Assembly (NCBI GenBank): GCA_963797095.1
Contig: CAWCNY010000006.1
Location: 736,001-800,000 of the forward strand
DNA: 64,000 nt
DNA from: an uncultured Chloroflexia bacterium
GTDB lineage: Bacteria; Chloroflexota; Chloroflexia; QHBQ01; JADMIH01
Reading direction: 5' to 3'
Below, piece by piece: positions 61,214 through 64,000 of the stretch. Within the stretch, counting starts at the first letter, position 1; every line of letters begins with the position of its first letter. The position numbers were made by a program, and so were the translations under genes. The notes beneath the pieces were generated by a model, which was not told the DNA's origin, made no database searches, and was given only the letters and a program-made list of their open reading frames with translations.

Positions 61214-61708
61214 CTAATCCGCGATCTTAATATAAGAAGCTGTCTCCCACTTCGCAGGATCTGGCTCATCGGCGGGATTCGTCAGCGACAATTCGTATCG
61301 CGAGCGGAAAGCGTCGCCATTCGGGTCGTCCCACCTGTCCCACTCCAGCCCATGCGCTCTCGCCCATTTGATCAGGTCATACGTGGCCGGGATGGCGTTT
61401 TCAATCCCGGTGAAGACCATTGTCGCATAGTTCCCCTCGGGCAGCACCTTTGACTGTACCTGGCCATCTCCTTCAAATGGACTGCCCACTATCCACCCCA
61501 GGTCTATATCCATCAGTTTTTCCATGTCGATCACATTGTATCGGATCACGGGTGGTCCCGAAGGCTCGATTCCCCTCTCCTTCAGCCAGCCCATCACCAC
61601 CCCATGCAGTCGTGGTATCACCTCCCCAAACTCCGAGATCGGCACCCGTATATTGATGCCCGCGTAATTCAGTTCATCTCTGTGCTCAACCTTTGGCTCT
61701 GTGTGCAT
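61214..61708 (-). CDS. GyrI-like small-molecule-binding protein
   Basis: SGPPVIRY, LPEGNYA, YELSLTNP...WET; RBS AGGAG. Confidence 0.8.
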   Translation of the reverse strand: MHTEPKVEHRDELNYAGINIRVPISEFGEVIPRLHGVVMGWLKERGIEPSGPPVIRYNVIDMEKLMDIDLGWIVGSPFEGDGQVQSKVLPEGNYATMVFTGIENAIPATYDLIKWARAHGLEWDRWDDPNGDAFRSRYELSLTNPADEPDPAKWETASYIKIAD

Positions 61709-61772
61709 AGCTTTCTCCTGAATTGATATAGTCGCGTCCGCCTTGGCACTACTGGTCGGTCCTCTCATTTGG

Positions 61773-63005
61773 CTAAAACTCTATAATAGGTCTGCGCTCT
61801 GCCGCCACCTGTTCAACCAACTCCACCCCATACTCAATCCCCGGCAAGGCGTGCATTTCCCCCTGCAACCTCTCCACGTTCTCCCTGTATTTCGGGTTGC
61901 CCAGCACCTCCTCTACCACCTCACAGATGCTCGCGGGCGTAAGCTGATCGTCCTGCACCACCCTCGACATGCCCATAGCCTCGGCCACCTCGGCGTTGAA
62001 GAACTGGTCGGCAATCAACGGCACGATCACCGTCGGCAGCCCTGCATCTATTGCTTGCAACAGCGTATTCGTGCCGCCGTGCATCACCATCAAATCGCAC
62101 TTCGGCAGCAGCAAGCTCTGCGGTATGTATTGCTTTATATGCACGTTCTCCGGTTGTGGGCCGAACACCTCAGGGTCCTGTCCCTTCCCAAGTGTCACAA
62201 TCAAGTTGATCGGCACATCCCTCAACCCGTCGATAAGCGTCTTCATCACGCGCGGGTACAGAGTAGGCTCCCGATTTATCTCAGTGCCCAGCGTCAGATA
62301 TACAGTAGGTTGGTCGGGCAGGTCGTCTATCCAGGCGGGCAAACTCTCGCCCGCCGAAGTGTCGTAGAAGTCGGGACGCACATAGTGGGTGGTCGCCGGG
62401 ATCTCGCCTGTTTGCCACCTTGGTCCCAGTTCGTGCGTGCTGAAGCTCGGCGGCGAAAACGAGATCAGCAGGTAGCGAGTAAGCGCGTCCATTTTCGGAT
62501 CAGGCTCCAGCCCGAATGCCTCCCGCGTAGGATCGAGGAACTTCGCCCCCTCCCGCTCAAACACCGTCATTCCCTTCAGCGACGCCGCGACGGCCACCGT
62601 CACATGCGGCAGCCCCAGGTGCTCGGCGGCCATCACCGCCCTGTACGATCCTGCCTCGTTCACAACTACGTCGGCTCCCCAGCTACGACACGCCTCTACA
62701 AGCTGGGATGTGCCCACGCGCGCCCCTATGCCCATAAATAGCCGGGGGTAGGCGTATATCTCGGTCTCCAGGCCGACAGGCATCTTGTCCAGTTCGTCGC
62801 GTATCGCCTGATAGTCAGGGTCGGCGTTCCTGTCTATCCTGGTCAGAACAAACGGCATATCGATGCCTTCGAACTTCTCTTGCAGCGCTTCGCTCCCGGC
62901 AAAGGCTACCTCGTGCCCTGCCTCGCGCAAAGCCCGCGCCAGCGGCATCAGAGGGTGCAAATGCCCGTACCCTGCCACCGAGCTGAACAGGAATCGCTTC
63001 TTCAT
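61773..63005 (-). CDS. GT1-family glycosyltransferase (EryCIII/MGT-like)
   Basis: GYGHLHP, VYLTLGT, YIPQ, HGGTNT, PLIADQFFNA. Confidence 0.9.
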   Translation of the reverse strand: MKKRFLFSSVAGYGHLHPLMPLARALREAGHEVAFAGSEALQEKFEGIDMPFVLTRIDRNADPDYQAIRDELDKMPVGLETEIYAYPRLFMGIGARVGTSQLVEACRSWGADVVVNEAGSYRAVMAAEHLGLPHVTVAVAASLKGMTVFEREGAKFLDPTREAFGLEPDPKMDALTRYLLISFSPPSFSTHELGPRWQTGEIPATTHYVRPDFYDTSAGESLPAWIDDLPDQPTVYLTLGTEINREPTLYPRVMKTLIDGLRDVPINLIVTLGKGQDPEVFGPQPENVHIKQYIPQSLLLPKCDLMVMHGGTNTLLQAIDAGLPTVIVPLIADQFFNAEVAEAMGMSRVVQDDQLTPASICEVVEEVLGNPKYRENVERLQGEMHALPGIEYGVELVEQVAAERRPIIEF

Positions 63006-63099
63006 TCCTTCTGCTCCACACTCAGCCTGACCACTTCCCTCAATACCCGCTCCAACTTGGTCCTTTTCGACCCTATCTCACCGCACATTGCAGCAAATC

Positions 63100-63945
63100 T
63101 CATCTCGAAACGGTATTAGTGCCCGCGCCCACCTCAGCAGTTTTGCCGCCCACGCGTATCACCCACACATCGACCGGCTCATTACGCCCCTTCACCTCAA
63201 GCCTCCGCCTCTCCATTCCATCCCTTGATAGCCCGGCCGCGACACGCGTTGCCTCCGTGACAAGTATCTCTCCCGCCGAGGCCAGCGAAGCGAGTCGTGC
63301 TGCCAGGTTCACGTCATCCCCCAGGGCTGTAATATCAGTGACGCCCGACGTACCGACCGCCCCCACAAACGCGTGCCCCGTGTGAATACCCACCCCGACG
63401 GGCACCCATGGGCCCTCGGTCGTCGCGTGTCCCGTCGCGCTCAATATCGCCCTGGCCCCCTCCAACGCCGTCTGAGCGTGCTTGTCTCCCGTCAGCACAG
63501 GCACAAATAGCGCGATCACCTCATCCCCTATCAGCCTGTCTATCAATGCGTCCACTTTCAGCAGCTCATGTGTAACAGCGCTGTAGAACCGCGCGATCAG
63601 CGCCGAAAAGCGCGCCGTGCCCAGGCTCTCTGCAAGCCTGGTAGAGCCTCGTATATCAGCGAATAGCAGCGATAACGGTATCTCAGCGCCGCCCGGATGT
63701 TCTTCAGCAAAGCGCTCGCACGAGTTGCATATGTTAGGGTTCATCTTGGACGGCGCTTTGTCCATAAAGCGCATGATAATGCGGCCCGGCCCGCGGAATG
63801 GCGCTGCGCACAGCTTGCATCTCGGCGATGCAGGTATAACGCTGAATACCTTGCGTGCTCGCTGAAACGCAGACCCGGTCTCGCCCATCATGAACACGCG
63901 CCATATCTCGTTTATGCGCGCCTGTTCTTCCGCCGACTTATCCAT
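63100..63945 (-). CDS. class III adenylate/guanylate cyclase with N-terminal Cys4 domain
   Basis: LFADIRGST, IGDEV, GVGIHTG, LGDDVNLAARL; CKLC...CNSC. Confidence 0.88.
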   Translation of the reverse strand: MDKSAEEQARINEIWRVFMMGETGSAFQRARKVFSVIPASPRCKLCAAPFRGPGRIIMRFMDKAPSKMNPNICNSCERFAEEHPGGAEIPLSLLFADIRGSTRLAESLGTARFSALIARFYSAVTHELLKVDALIDRLIGDEVIALFVPVLTGDKHAQTALEGARAILSATGHATTEGPWVPVGVGIHTGHAFVGAVGTSGVTDITALGDDVNLAARLASLASAGEILVTEATRVAAGLSRDGMERRRLEVKGRNEPVDVWVIRVGGKTAEVGAGTNTVSR

Positions 63946-64000
63946 TTCTTTCCCTCATGTTCGGACTTGTTTTCTGCTTCAGGCAATAAAAGATCGTAAT

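Overview
GC-rich bacterial chromosomal DNA, most likely Chloroflexota. This is an inference from the 'YW..GGL..GYP..VQYFERA' secreted domains, SLH domains with GYPCGGPGEPC loops and MPxTG sorting tails. Housekeeping and metabolic genes: acyl-CoA dehydrogenase, PaaK-like CoA ligase, RidA, an actinobacterial Sdh1-type succinate dehydrogenase operon, acs, lgt, fabH, rel, cphA/cphB, tRNA-Arg(CCT) and long HPF. These are interleaved with many secreted or membrane paralogues. The right part holds an IS pile-up: an IS66, then an ISKra4-like element with an 8-bp target duplication that contains a nested IS3 and a nested IS110. Most notable unexplained signals: (1) an unannotated 15-aa Lys-rich micropeptide gene (MRAKKKDGKKGGKKK) with a perfect RBS, preceded by three 14-bp palindromes at exactly 21-bp period; (2) a family of heptamer tandem-repeat elements, one of which frameshifts the acyl-CoA dehydrogenase by exactly one repeat unit; (3) three 24-25-bp hairpin palindromes with 3-nt loops and compensatory changes; (4) a GT-C-like/NHL - lgt - TPR/propeller envelope cluster; (5) many short tandem duplications in the IS DNA. 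All calls are by eye; no searches were run.
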